64,000 bases of DNA from Yuukianura sp. NJ FZ-2021 (Eukaryota), in the NCBI GenBank assembly GCA_046563655.1, contig CM102287.1, positions 3,348,001 to 3,412,000 of the forward strand, read 5' to 3'. The translations under genes and the position numbers were made by a program. Below are positions 15,001-30,000 of the stretch, piece after piece (position 1 is the first letter of the stretch; every line of letters starts with the position of its first letter). The notes beneath the pieces were generated by a model, which was given only the letters and a program-made list of their open reading frames with translations, was not told the origin of the DNA and made no database searches.

Positions 15001-18000
15001 CATTGAAAACTCCCCAAAAAGTCATTCTGAGCTTTCTGAGAACTGAAAATTGCACTCCGATATTTTGCCTCGGAAAGCCCATCTGAAGTGAACCAAGCTC
15101 AATTTTTGTCAAAAAATTCATTTTTTCATTGAAAACTCCCCAAAAAGTCATTCTGAGCTTTCTGAGAACTGAAAATTGCACTCCGATATTTTGCCTCGGA
15201 AAGCCCATCTGAAGTGAACCAAGCTCAATTTTTGTCAAAAAATTCATTTGTTTCATTGAAAACTCCCCAAAAAGTCATTCTGAGCTTTCTGAGAACTGAA
15301 AATTGCACTCCGATATTTTGCCTCGGAAAGCCCATCTGAAGTGAACCAAGCTCAATTTTTGTCAAAAAATTCATTTTTTTCATTGAAAACTCCCCAAAAA
15401 GTCATTCTGAGCTTTCTGAGAACTGAAAATTGCACTCCGATATTTTGCCTCGGAAAGCCCATCTGAAGTGAACCAAGCTCAATTTTTGTCAAAAAATTCA
15501 TTTGTTTCATTGAAAACTCCCCAAAAAGTCATTCTGAGCTTTCTGAGAACTGAAAATTGCACTCCGATATTTTGCCTCGGAAAGCCCATCTGAAGTGAAC
15601 CAAGCTCAATTTTTGTCAAAAAATTCATTTTTTTCATTGAAAACTCCCCAAAAAGTCATTCTGAGCTTTCTGAGAACTGAAAATTGCACTCCGATATTTT
15701 GCCTCGGAAAGCCCATCTGAAGTGAACCAAGCTCAATTTTTGTCAAAAAATTCATTTGTTTCATTGAAAACTCCCCAAAAAGTCATTCTGAGCTTTCTGA
15801 GAACTGAAAATTGCACTCCGATATTTTGCCTCGGAAAGCCCATCTGAAGTGAACCAAGCTCAATTTTTGTCAAAAAATTCATTTGTTTCATTGAAAACTC
15901 CCCAAAAAGTCATTCTGAGCTTTCTGAGAACTGAAAATTGCACTCCGATATTTTGCCTCGGAAAGCCCATCTGAAGTGAACCAAGCTCAATTTTTGTCAA
16001 AAAATTCATTTGTTTCATTGAAAACTCCCCAAAAAGTCATTCTGAGCTTTCTGAGAACTGAAAATTGCACTCCGATATTTTGCCTCGGAAAGCCCATCTG
16101 AAGTGAACCAAGCTCAATTTTTGTCAAAAAATTCATTTGTTTCATTGAAAACTCCCCAAAAAGTCATTCTGAGCTTTCTGAGAACTGAAAATTGCACTCC
16201 GATATTTTGCCTCGGAAAGCCCATCTGAAGTGAACCAAGCTCAATTTTTGTCAAAAAATTCATTTGTTTCATTGAAAACTCCCCAAAAAGTCATTCTGAG
16301 CTTTCTGAGAACTGAAAATTGCACTCCGATATTTTGCCTCGGAAAGCCCATCTGAAGTGAACCAAGCTCAATTTTTGTCAAAAAATTCATTTTTTTCATT
16401 GAAAACTCCCCAAAAAGTCATTCTGAGCTTTCTGAGAACTGAAAATTGCACTCCGATATTTTGCCTCGGAAAGCCCATCTGAAGTGAACCAAGCTCAATT
16501 TTTGTCAAAAAATTCATTTGTTTCATTGAAAACTCCCCAAAAAGTCATTCTGAGCTTTCTGAGAACTGAAAATTGCACTCCGATATTTTGCCTCGGAAAG
16601 CCCATCTGAAGTGAACCAAGCTCAATTTTTGTCAAAAAATTCATTTTTTTCATTGAAAACTCCCCAAAAAGTCATTCTGAGCTTTCTGAGAACTGAAAAT
16701 TGCACTCCGATATTTTGCCTCGGAAAGCCCATCTGAAGGGAACCAAGCTCATTTTTTGTCAAAAAATTCATTTTTTTCATTGAAAACTCCCCAAAAAGTC
16801 ATTCTGAGCTTTCTGAGAACTGAAAATTGCACTCCGATATTTTGCCTCGGAAAGCCCATCTGAAGTGAACCAAGCTCAATTTTTGTCAAAAAATTCATTT
16901 TTTTCATTGAAAACTCCCCAAAAAGTCATTCTGAGCTTTCTGAGAACTGAAAATTGCACTCCGATATTTTGCCTCGGAAAGCCCATCTGAAGTGAACCAA
17001 GCTCAATTTTTGTCAAAAAATTCATTTTTTTCATTGAAAACTCCCCAAAAAGTCATTCTGAGCTTTCTGAGAACTGAAAATTGCACTCCGATATTTTGCC
17101 TCGGAAAGCCCATCTGAAGTGAACCAAGCTCAATTTTTGTCAAAAAATTCATTTGTTTCATTGAAAACTCCCCAAAAAGTCATTCTGAGCTTTCTGAGAA
17201 CTGAAAATTGCACTCCGATATTTTGCCTCGGAAAGCCCATCTGAAGTGAACCAAGCTCAATTTTTGTCAAAAAATTCATTTTTTTCATTGAAAACTCCCC
17301 AAAAAGTCATTCTGAGCTTTCTGAGAACTGAAAATTGCACTCCGATATTTTGCCTCGGAAAGCCCATCTGAAGTGAACCAAGCTCAATTTTTGTCAAAAA
17401 ATTCATTTGTTTCATTGAAAACTCCCCAAAAAGTCATTCTGAGCTTTCTGAGAACTGAAAATTGCACTCCGATATTTTGCCTCGGAAAGCCCATCTGAAG
17501 TGAACCAAGCTCAATTTTTGTCAAAAAATTTTTTTTTTCCTTGAAAACTCCCCAAAAAGTCATTCTGAGCTTTCTGAGAACTGAAAATTGCACTCCGATA
17601 TTTTGCCTCGGAAAGCCCATCTGAAGTGAACCAAGCTCAATTTTTGTCAAAAAATTCATTTGTTTCATTGAAAACTCCCCAAAAAGTCATTCTGAGCTTT
17701 CTGAGAACTGAAAATTGCACTCCGATATTTTGCCTCGGAAAGCCCATCTGAAGTGAACCAAGCTCAATTTTTGTCAAAAAATTCATTTGTTTCATTGAAA
17801 ACTCCCCAAAAAGTCATTCTGAGCTTTCTGAGAACTGAAAATTGCACTCCGATATTTTGCCTCGGAAAGCCCATCTGAAGTGAACCAAGCTCAATTTTTG
17901 TCAAAAAATTCATTTTTTTCATTGAAAACTCCCCAAAAAGTCATTCTGAGCTTTCTGAGAACTGAAAATTGCACTCCGATATTTTGCCTCGGAAAGCCCA

Positions 18001-21000
18001 TCTGAAGGGAACCAAGCTCATTTTTTGTCAAAAAATTCATTTTTTCATTGAAAACTCCCCAAAAAGTCATTCTAAGCTTTCTGAGAACTGAAAATTGCAC
18101 TCCGATATTTTGCCTCGGAAAGCCCATCTGAAGTGAACCAAGCTCATTTTTTGTCAAAAAATTCATTTTTTTCATTGAAAACTCCCCAAAAAGTCATTCT
18201 GAGCTTTCTGAGAACTGAAAATTGCACTCCGATATTTTGCCTCGGAAAGCCCATCTGAAGTGAACCAAGCTCAATTTTTGTCAAAAAATTCATTTGTTTC
18301 ATTGAAAACTCCCCAAAAAGTCATTCTGAGCTTTCTGAGAACTGAAAATTGCACTCCGATATTTTGCCTCGGAAAGCCCATCTGAAGTGAACCAAGCTCA
18401 ATTTTTGTCAAAAAATTCATTTGTTTCATTGAAAACTCCCCAAAAAGTCATTCTGAGCTTTCTGAGAACTGAAAATTGCACTCCGATATTTTGCCTCGGA
18501 AAGCCCATCTGAAGTGAACCAAGCTCAATTTTTGTCAAAAAATTCATTTTTTTCATTGAAAACTCCCCAAAAAGTCATTCTGAGCTTTCTGAGAACTGAA
18601 AATTGCACTCCGATATTTTGCCTCGGAAAGCCCATCTGAAGTGAACCAAGCTCATTTTTTGTCAAAAAATTCATTTTTTTCATTGAAAACTCCCCAAAAA
18701 GTCATTCTGAGCTTTCTGAGAACTGAAAATTGCACTCCGATATTTTGCCTCGGAAAGCCCATCTGAAGTGAACCAAGCTCATTTTTTGTCAAAAAATTCA
18801 TTTTTTTCATTGAAAACTCCCCAAAAAGTCATTCTGAGCTTTCTGAGAACTGAAAATTGCACTCCGATATTTTGCCTCGGAAAGCCCATCTGAAGTGAAC
18901 CAAGCTCAATTTTTGTCAAAAAATCTTTTTTTTTCATTGAAAACTCCCCAAAAAGTCATTCTGAGCTTTCTGAGAACTGAAAATTGCACTCCGATATTTT
19001 GCCTCGGAAAGCCCATCTGAAGTGAACCAAGCTCAATTTTTGTCAAAAAATTCATTTTTTTCATTGAAAACTCCCCAAAAAGTCATTCTGAGCTTTCTGA
19101 GAACTGAAAATTGCACTCCGATATTTTGCCTCGGAAAGCCCATCTGAAGTGAACCAAGCTCAATTTTTGTCAAAAAATTCATTTGTTTCATTGAAAACTC
19201 CCCAAAAAGTCATTCTGAGCTTTCTGAGAACTGAAAATTGCACTCCGATATTTTGCCTCGGAAAGCCCATCTGAAGTGAACCAAGCTCAATTTTTGTCAA
19301 AAAATTCATTTTTTTCATTGAAAACTCCCCAAAAAGTCATTCTGAGCTTTCTGAGAACTGAAAATTGCACTCCGATATTTTGCCTCGGAAAGCCCATCTG
19401 AAGTGAACCAAGCTCAATTTTTGTCAAAAAATTCATTTGTTTCATTGAAAACTCCCCAAAAAGTCATTCTGAGCTTTCTGAGAACTGAAAATTGCACTCC
19501 GATATTTTGCCTCGGAAAGCCCATCTGAAGTGAACCAAGCTCAATTTTTGTCAAAAAATTCATTTTTTCATTGAAAACTCCCCAAAAAGTCATTCTGAGC
19601 TTTCTGAGAACTGAAAATTGCACTCCGATATTTTGCCTCGGAAAGCCCATCTGAAGTGAACCAAGCTCATTTTTTGTCAAAAAATTCATTTTTTTCATTG
19701 AAAACTCCCCAAAAAGTCATTCTGAGCTTTCTGAGAACTGAAAATTGCACTCCGATATTTTGCCTCGGAAAGCCCATCTGAAGTGAACCAAGCTCAATTT
19801 TTGTCAAAAAATTCATTTTTTTCATTGAAAACTCCCCAAAAAGTCATTCTGAGCTTTCTGAGAACTGAAAATTGCACTCCGATATTTTGCCTCGGAAAGC
19901 CCATCTGAAGTGAACCAAGCTCATTTTTTGTCAAAAAATTCATTTTTTTCATTGAAAACTCCCCAAAAAGTCATTCTGAGCTTTCTGAGAACTGAAAATT
20001 GCACTCCGATATTTTGCCTCGGAAAGCCCATCTGAAGTGAACCAAGCTCAATTTTTGTCAAAAAATTCATTTGTTTCATTGAAAACTCCCCAAAAAGTCA
20101 TTCTGAGCTTTCTGAGAACTGAAAATTGCACTCCGATATTTTGCCTCGGAAAGCCCATCTGAAGTGAACCAAGCTCAATTTTTGTCAAAAAATTCATTTG
20201 TTTCATTGAAAACTCCCCAAAAAGTCATTCTGAGCTTTCTGAGAACTGAAAATTGCACTCCGATATTTTGCCTCGGAAAGCCCATCTGAAGTGAACCAAG
20301 CTCAATTTTTGTCAAAAAATTCATTTGTTTCATTGAAAACTCCCCAAAAAGTCATTCTGAGCTTTCTGAGAACTGAAAATTGCACTCCGATATTTTGCCT
20401 CGGAAAGCCCATCTGAAGTGAACCAAGCTCAATTTTTGTCAAAAAATTCATTTTTTTCATTGAAAACTCCCCAAAAAGTCATTCTGAGCTTTCTGAGAAC
20501 TGAAAATTGCACTCCGATATTTTGCCTCGGAAAGCCCATCTGAAGTGAACCAAGCTCAATTTTTGTCAAAAAATTCATTTGTTTCATTGAAAACTCCCCA
20601 AAAAGTCATTCTGAGCTTTCTGAGAACTGAAAATTGCACTCCGATATTTTGCCTCGGAAAGCCCATCTGAAGTGAACCAAGCTCAATTTTTGTCAAAAAA
20701 TTCATTTTTTTCATTGAAAACTCCCCAAAAAGTCATTCTGAGCTTTCTGAGAACTGAAAATTGCACTCCGATATTTTGCCTCGGAAAGCCCATCTGAAGT
20801 GAACCAAGCTCAATTTTTGTCAAAAAATTCATTTGTTTCATTGAAAACTCCCCAAAAAGTCATTCTGAGCTTTCTGAGAACTGAAAATTGCACTCCGATA
20901 TTTTGCCTCGGAAAGCCCATCTGAAGTGAACCAAGCTCAATTTTTGTCAAAAAATTCATTTGTTTCATTGAAAACTCCCCAAAAAGTCATTCTGAGCTTT

Positions 21001-24000
21001 CTGAGAACTGAAAATTGCACTCCGATATTTTGCCTCGGAAAGCCCATCTGAAGTGAACCAAGCTCAATTTTTGTCAAAAAATTCATTTTTTTCATTGAAA
21101 ACTCCCCAAAAAGTCATTCTGAGCTTTCTGAGAACTGAAAATTGCACTCCGATATTTTGCCTCGGAAAGCCCATCTGAAGTGAACCAAGCTCAATTTTTG
21201 TCAAAAAATCTTTTTTTTCATTGAAAACTCCCCAAAAAGTCATTCTGAGCTTTCTGAGAACTGAAAATTGCACTCCGATATTTTGCCTCGGAAAGCCCAT
21301 CTGAAGTGAACCAAGCTCAATTTTTGTCAAAAAATTCATTTTTTTCATTGAAAACTCCCCAAAAAGTCATTCTGAGCTTTCTGAGAACTGAAAATTGCAC
21401 TCCGATATTTTGCCTCGGAAAGCCCATCTGAAGTGAACCAAGCTCAATTTTTGTCAAAAAATTCATTTGTTTCATTGAAAACTCCCCAAAAAGTCATTCT
21501 GAGCTTTCTGAGAACTGAAAATTGCACTCCGATATTTTGCCTCGGAAAGCCCATCTGAAGTGAACCAAGCTCAATTTTTGTCAAAAAATTCATTTTTTTC
21601 ATTGAAAACTCCCCAAAAAGTCATTCTGAGCTTTCTGAGAACTGAAAATTGCACTCCGATATTTTGCCTCGGAAAGCCCATCTGAAGTGAACCAAGCTCA
21701 ATTTTTGTCAAAAAATTCATTTGTTTCATTGAAAACTCCCCAAAAAGTCATTCTGAGCTTTCTGAGAACTGAAAATTGCACTCCGATATTTTGCCTCGGA
21801 AAGCCCATCTGAAGTGAACCAAGCTCAATTTTTGTCAAAAAATTCTTATTTTTTCCTTGAAAACTCCCCAAGAAGTCATTCTGAGCTTTCTGAGAACTGA
21901 AAATTGCACTCCGATATTTTGCCTCGGAAAGCCCATCTGAAGTGAACCAAGCTCAATTTTTGTCAAAAAATTCATTTGTTTCATTGAAAACTCCCCAAAA
22001 AGTCATTCTGAGCTTTCTGAGAACTGAAAATTGCACTCCGATATTTTGCCTCGGAAAGCCCATCTGAAGTGAACCAAGCTCAATTTTTGTCAAAAAATTC
22101 ATTTGTTTCATTGAAAACTCCCCAAAAAGTCATTCTGAGCTTTCTGAGAACTGAAAATTGCACTCCGATATTTTGCCTCGGAAAGCCCATCTGAAGTGAA
22201 CCAAGCTCAATTTTTGTCAAAAAATTCATTTTTTTCATTGAAAACTCCCCAAAAAGTCATTCTGAGCTTTCTGAGAACTGAAAATTGCACTCCGATATTT
22301 TGCCTCGGAAAGCCCATCTGAAGTGAACCAAGCTCAATTTTTGTCAAAAAATTCATTTGTTTCATTGAAAACTCCCCAAAAAGTCATTCTGAGCTTTCTG
22401 AGAACTGAAAATTGCACTCCGATATTTTGCCTCGGAAAGCCCATCTGAAGTGAACCAAGCTCAATTTTTGTCAAAAAATTCATTTTTTCATTGAAAACTC
22501 CCCAAAAAGTCATTCTGAGCTTTCTGAGAACTGAAAATTGCACTCCGATATTTTGCCTCGGAAAGCCCATCTGAAGTGAACCAAGCTCATTTTTTGTCAA
22601 AAAATTCATTTTTTTCATTGAAAACTCCCCAAAAAGTCATTCTGAGCTTTCTGAGAACTGAAAATTGCACTCCGATATTTTGCCTCGGAAAGCCCATCTG
22701 AAGTGAACCAAGCTCAATTTTTGTCAAAAAATTCATTTGTTTCATTGAAAACTCCCCAAAAAGTCATTCTGAGCTTTCTGAGAACTGAAAATTGCACTCC
22801 GATATTTTGCCTCGGAAAGCCCATCTGAAGTGAACCAAGCTCAATTTTTGTCAAAAAATTCATTTTTTTCATTGAAAACTCCCCAAAAAGTCATTCTGAG
22901 CTTTCTGAGAACTGAAAATTGCACTCCGATATTTTGCCTCGGAAAGCCCATCTGAAGTGAACCAAGCTCAATTTTTGTCAAAAAATTCATTTGTTTCATT
23001 GAAAACTCCCCAAAAAGTCATTCTGAGCTTTCTGAGAACTGAAAATTGCACTCCGATATTTTGCCTCGGAAAGCCCATCTGAAGTGAACCAAGCTCAATT
23101 TTTGTCAAAAAATTCATTTTTTTCATTGAAAACTCCCCAAAAAGTCATTCTGAGCTTTCTGAGAACTGAAAATTGCACTCCGATATTTTGCCTCGGAAAG
23201 CCCATCTGAAGGGAACCAAGCTCATTTTTTGTCAAAAAATTCATTTTTTTCATTGAAAACTCCCCAAAAAGTCATTCTGAGCTTTCTGAGAACTGAAAAT
23301 TGCACTCCGATATTTTGCCTCGGAAAGCCCATCTGAAGTGAACCAAGCTCAATTTTTGTCAAAAAATTCATTTGTTTCATTGAAAACTCCCCAAAAAGTC
23401 ATTCTGAGCTTTCTGAGAACTGAAAATTGCACTCCGATATTTTGCCTCGGAAAGCCCATCTGAAGTGAACCAAGCTCAATTTTTGTCAAAAAATTCATTT
23501 TTTTCATTGAAAACTCCCCAAAAAGTCATTCTGAGCTTTCTGAGAACTGAAAATTGCACTCCGATATTTTGCCTCGGAAAGCCCATCTGAAGTGAACCAA
23601 GCTCATTTTTTGTCAAAAAATTCATTTTTTTCATTGAAAACTCCCCAAAAAGTCATTCTGAGCTTTCTGAGAACTGAAAATTGCACTCCGATATTTTGCC
23701 TCGGAAAGCCCATCTGAAGTGAACCAAGCTCAATTTTTGTCAAAAAATTCATTTTTTTCATTGAAAACTCCCCAAAAAGTCATTCTGAGCTTTCTGAGAA
23801 CTGAAAATTGCACTCCGATATTTTGCCTAAGAAAGCCCATCTGAAGTGAACCAAGCTCAATTTTTGTCAAAAAATTCTTATTTTTTCATTGAAAACTCCC
23901 CAAAAAGTCATTCTGAGCTTTCTGAGAACTGAAAATTGCACTCCGATATTTTGCCTCGGAAAGCCCATCTGAAGTGAACCAAGCTCAATTTTTGTCAAAA

Positions 24001-27000
24001 AATTCATTTGTTTCATTGAAAACTCCCCAAAAAGTCATTCTGAGCTTTCTGAGAACTGAAAATTGCACTCCGATATTTTGCCTCGGAAAGCCCATCTGAA
24101 GTGAACCAAGCTCAATTTTTGTCAAAAAATTCATTTGTTTCATTGAAAACTCCCCAAAAAGTCATTCTGAGCTTTCTGAGAACTGAAAATTGCACTCCGA
24201 TATTTTGCCTCGGAAAGCCCATCTGAAGTGAACCAAGCTCAATTTTTGTCAAAAAATTCATTTGTTTCATTGAAAACTCCCCAAAAAGTCATTCTGAGCT
24301 TTCTGAGAACTGAAAATTGCACTCCGATATTTTGCCTCGGAAAGCCCATCTGAAGTGAACCAAGCTCAATTTTTGTCAAAAAATTCATTTTTTTCATTGA
24401 AAACTCCCCAAAAAGTCATTCTGAGCTTTCTGAGAACTGAAAATTGCACTCCGATATTTTGCCTCGGAAAGCCCATCTGAAGTGAACCAAGCTCAATTTT
24501 TGTCAAAAAATTCATTTGTTTCATTGAAAACTCCCCAAAAAGTCATTCTGAGCTTTCTGAGAACTGAAAATTGCACTCCGATATTTTGCCTCGGAAAGCC
24601 CATCTGAAGTGAACCAAGCTCAATTTTTGTCAAAAAATTCATTTTTTTCATTGAAAACTCCCCAAAAAGTCATTCTGAGCTTTCTGAGAACTGAAAATTG
24701 CACTCCGATATTTTGCCTCGGAAAGCCCATCTGAAGTGAACCAAGCTCAATTTTTGTCAAAAAATTCATTTGTTTCATTGAAAACTCCCCAAAAAGTCAT
24801 TCTGAGCTTTCTGAGAACTGAAAATTGCACTCCGATATTTTGCCTCGGAAAGCCCATCTGAAGTGAACCAAGCTCAATTTTTGTCAAAAAATTCATTTGT
24901 TTCATTGAAAACTCCCCAAAAAGTCATTCTGAGCTTTCTGAGAACTGAAAATTGCACTCCGATATTTTGCCTCGGAAAGCCCATCTGAAGTGAACCAAGC
25001 TCAATTTTTGTCAAAAAATTCATTTGTTTCATTGAAAACTCCCCAAAAAGTCATTCTGAGCTTTCTGAGAACTGAAAATTGCACTCCGATATTTTGCCTC
25101 GGAAAGCCCATCTGAAGTGAACCAAGCTCAATTTTTGTCAAAAAATTCATTTTTTTCATTGAAAACTCCCCAAAAAGTCATTCTGAGCTTTCTGAGAACT
25201 GAAAATTGCACTCCGATATTTTGCCTCGGAAAGCCCATCTGAAGTGAACCAAGCTCATTTTTTGTCAAAAAATTCATTTTTTTCATTGAAAACTCCCCAA
25301 AAAGTCATTCTGAGCTTTCTGAGAACTGAAAATTGCACTCCGATATTTTGCCTCGGAAAGCCCATCTGAAGTGAACCAAGCTCAATTTTTGTCAAAAAAT
25401 TCATTTGTTTCATTGAAAACTCCCCAAAAAGTCATTCTGAGCTTTCTGAGAACTGAAAATTGCACTCCGATATTTTGCCTCGGAAAGCCCATCTGAAGTG
25501 AACCAAGCTCAATTTTTGTCAAAAAATTCATTTTTTTCATTGAAAACTCCCCAAAAAGTCATTCTGAGCTTTCTGAGAACTGAAAATTGCACTCCGATAT
25601 TTTGCCTCGGAAAGCCCATCTGAAGTGAACCAAGCTCATTTTTTGTCAAAAAATTCATTTTTTTCATTGAAAACTCCCCAAAAAGTCATTCTGAGCTTTC
25701 TGAGAACTGAAAATTGCACTCCGATATTTTGCCTCGGAAAGCCCATCTGAAGTGAACCAAGCTCAATTTTTGTCAAAAAATTCATTTTTTTCATTGAAAA
25801 CTCCCCAAAAAGTCATTCTGAGCTTTCTGAGAACTGAAAATTGCACTCCGATATTTTGCCTCGGAAAGCCCATCTGAAGGGAACCAAGCTCATTTTTTGT
25901 CAAAAAATTCATTTTTTTCATTGAAAACTCCCCAAAAAGTCATTCTGAGCTTTCTGAGAACTGAAAATTGCACTCCGATATTTTGCCTCGGAAAGCCCAT
26001 CTGAAGTGAACCAAGCTCAATTTTTGTCAAAAAATTCATTTTTTTCATTGAAAACTCCCCAAAAAGTCATTCTGAGCTTTCTGAGAACTGAAAATTGCAC
26101 TCCGATATTTTGCCTCGGAAAGCCCATCTGAAGTGAACCAAGCTCAATTTTTGTCAAAAAATTCATTTGTTTCATTGAAAACTCCCCAAAAAGTCATTCT
26201 GAGCTTTCTGAGAACTGAAAATTGCACTCCGATATTTTGCCTCGGAAAGCCCATCTGAAGTGAACCAAGCTCAATTTTTGTCAAAAAATTCATTTTTTCA
26301 TTGAAAACTCCCCAAAAAGTCATTCTGAGATTTCTGAGAACTGAAAATTGCACTCCGATATTTGGCCTCGGAAAGCCCATCTGAAGTGAACCAAGCTCAA
26401 TTTTTGTCAAAAAATTTTTTTTTTCCTTGAAAACTCCCCAAAAAGTCATTCTGAGCTTTCTGAGAGCTGAAAATTGCACTCTGATATTTTGCCTCGGAAA
26501 GCCCATCTGAAGTGAACCAAGCTCAATTTTTGTCAAAAAATTCATTTTTTTCATTGAAAACTCCCCAAAAAGTCATTCTGAGCTTTCTGAGAACTGAAAA
26601 TTGCACTCCGATATTTTGCCTCGGAAAGCCCATCTGAAGTGAACCAAGCTCATTTTTTGTCAAAAAATTCATTTTTTTCATTGAAAACTCCCCAAAAAGT
26701 CATTCTGAGCTTTCTGAGAACTGAAAATTGCACTCCGATATTTTGCCTCGGAAAGCCCATCTGAAGTGAACCAAGCTCAATTTTTGTCAAAAAATTCATT
26801 TGTTTCATTGAAAACTCCCCAAAAAGTCATTCTGAGCTTTCTGAGAACTGAAAATTGCACTCCGATATTTTGCCTCGGAAAGCCCATCTGAAGTGAACCA
26901 AGCTCAATTTTTGTCAAAAAATTCATTTTTTCATTGAAAACTCCCCAAAAAGTCATTCTAAGCTTTCTGAGAGCTGAAAATTGCACTTCGATATTTTGCC

Positions 27001-30000
27001 TCGGAAAGCCCATCTGAAGTGAACCAAGCTCAATTTTTGTCAAAAAATTCATTTTTTCATTGAAAACTCCCCAAAAAGTCATTCTGAGCTTTCTGAGAAC
27101 TGAAAATTGCACTCCGATATTTTGCCTCGGAAAGCCCATCTGAAGTGAACCAAGCTCAATTTTTGTCAAAAAATTCATTTGTTTCATTGAAAACTCCCCA
27201 AAAAGTCATTCTGAGCTTTCTGAGAACTGAAAATTGCACTCCGATATTTTGCCTCGGAAAGCCCATCTGAAGTGAACCAAGCTCAATTTTTGTCAAAAAA
27301 TTCATTTTTTTCATTCAAAACTCCCCAAAAAGTCATTCTGAGCTTTCTGAGAACTGAAAATTGCACTCCGATATTTTGCCTCGGAAAGCCCATCTGAAGT
27401 GAACCAAGCTCAATTTTTGTCAAAAAATTCATTTTTTTCATTGAAAACTCCCCAAAAAGTCATTCTGAGCTTTCTGAGAACTGAAAATTGCACTCCGATA
27501 TTTTGCCTCGGAAAGCCCATCTGAAGTGAACCAAGCTCAATTTTTGTCAAAAAATTCATTTTTTCATTGAAAACTCCCCAAAAAGTCATTCTAAGCTTTC
27601 TGAGAAGTGAAAATTGCACTCCGATATTTTGCCTAGGAAAGCCCATCTGAAGTGAACCAAGCTCAATTTTTGTCAAAAAATCCATTTTTTCATTGAAAAC
27701 TCCCCAAAAAGTCATTCTGAGCTTTCTGAGAACTGAAAATTGCACTCCGATATTTTGCCTCGGAAAGCCCATCTGAAGTGAACCAAGCTCAATTTTTGTC
27801 AAAAAATTCATTTTTTTCATTGAAAACTCCCCAAAAAGTCATTCTGAGCTTTCTGAGAACTGAAAATTGCACTCCGATATTTTGCCTCGGAAAGCCCATC
27901 TGAAGTGAACCAAGCTCAATTTTTGTCAAAAAATTCATTTTTTTCATTGAAAACTCCCCAAAAAGTCATTCTGAGCTTTCTGAGAACTGAAAATTGCACT
28001 CCGATATTTTGCCTCGGAAAGCCCATCTGAAGTGAACCAAGCTCAATTTTTGTCAAAAAATTCATTTTTTTCATTGAAAACTCCCCAAAAAGTCATTCTG
28101 AGCTTTCTGAGAACTGAAAATTGCACTCCGATATTTTGCCTCGGAAAGCCCATCTGAAGTGAACCAAGCTCAATTTTTGTCAAAAAATTCATTTTTTCAT
28201 TGAAAACTCCCCAAAAAGTCATTCTGAGCTTTCTGAGAACTGAAAATTGCACTCCGATATTTTGCCTAGGAAAGCCCATCTGAAGTGAACCAAGCTCATT
28301 TTTTGTCAAAAAATTCATTTTTTTCATTGAAAACTCCCCAAAAAGTCATTCTGAGCTTTCTGAGAACTGAAAATTGCACTCCGATATTTTGCCTCGGAAA
28401 GCCCATCTGAAGTGAACCAAGCTCATTTTTTGTCAAAAAATTCATTTTTTTCATTGAAAACTCCCCAAAAAGTCATTCTGAGCTTTCTGAGAACTGAAAA
28501 TTGCACTCCGATATTTTGCCTCGGAAAGCCCATCTGAAGTGAACCAAGCTCAATTTTTGTCAAAAAATTCATTTTTTTCATTGAAAACTCCCCAAAAAGT
28601 CATTCTGAGCTTTCTGAGAACTGAAAATTGCACTCCGATATTTTGCCTCGGAAAGCCCATCTGAAGTGAACCAAGCTCATTTTTTGTCAAAAAATTCATT
28701 TTTTTCATTGAAAACTCCCCAAAAAGTCATTCTGAGCTTTCTGAGAACTGAAAATTGCACTCCGATATTTTGCCTCGGAAAGCCCATCTGAAGTGAACCA
28801 AGCTCAATTTTTGTCAAAAAATTCATTTTTTCATTGAAAACTCCCCAAAAAGTCATTCTGAGCTTTCTGAGAACTGAAAATTGCACTCCGATATTTTGCC
28901 TAGGAAAGCCCATCTGAAGTGAACCAAGCTCATTTTTTGTCAAAAAATTCATTTTTTTCATTGAAAACTCCCCAAAAAGTCATTCTGAGCTTTCTGAGAA
29001 CTGAAAATTGCACTCCGATATTTTGCCTCGGAAAGCCCATCTGAAGTGAACCAAGCTCATTTTTTGTCAAAAAATTCATTTTTTTCATTGAAAACTCCCC
29101 AAAAAGTCATTCTGAGCTTTCTGAGAACTGAAAATTGCACTCCGATATTTTGCCTCGGAAAGCCCATCTGAAGTGAACCAAGCTCAATTTTTGTCAAAAA
29201 ATTCATTTTTTCATTGAAAACTCCCCAAAAAGTCATTCTGAGCTTTCTGAGAACTGAAAATTGCACTCCGATATTTTGCCTCGGAAAGCCCATCTGAAGT
29301 GAACCAAGCTCAATTTTTGTCAAAAAATTCATTTTTTTCATTGAAAACTCCCCAAAAAGTCATTCTGAGCTTTCTGAGAACTGAAAATTGCACTCCGATA
29401 TTTTGCCTCGGAAAGCCCATCTGAAGTGAACCAAGCTCAATTTTTGTCAAAAAATTCATTTTTTCATTGAAAACTCCCCAAAAAGTCATTCTGAGCTTTC
29501 TGAGAACTGAAAATTGCACTCCGATATTTTGCCTCGGAAAGCCCATCTGAAGTGAACCAAGCTCATTTTTTGTCAAAAAATTCATTTTTTTCATTGAAAA
29601 CTCCCCAAAAAGTCATTCTGAGCTTTCTGAGAACTGAAAATTGCACTCCGATATTTTGCCTCGGAAAGCCCATCTGAAGTGAACCAAGCTCAATTTTTGT
29701 CAAAAAATTCATTTTTTTCATTCAAAACTCCCCAAAAAGTCATTCTGAGCTTTCTGAGAACTGAAAATTGCACTCCGATATTTTGCCTCGGAAAGCCCAT
29801 CTGAAGTGAACCAAGCTCAATTTTTGTCAAAAAATTCATTTGTTTCATTGAAAACTCCCCAAAAAGTCATTCTGAGCTTTCTGAGAACTGAAAATTGCAC
29901 TCCGATATTTTGCCTCGGAAAGCCCATCTGAAGTGAACCAAGCTCAATTTTTGTCAAAAAATTCATTTTTTTCATTGAAAACTCCCCAAAAAGTCATTCT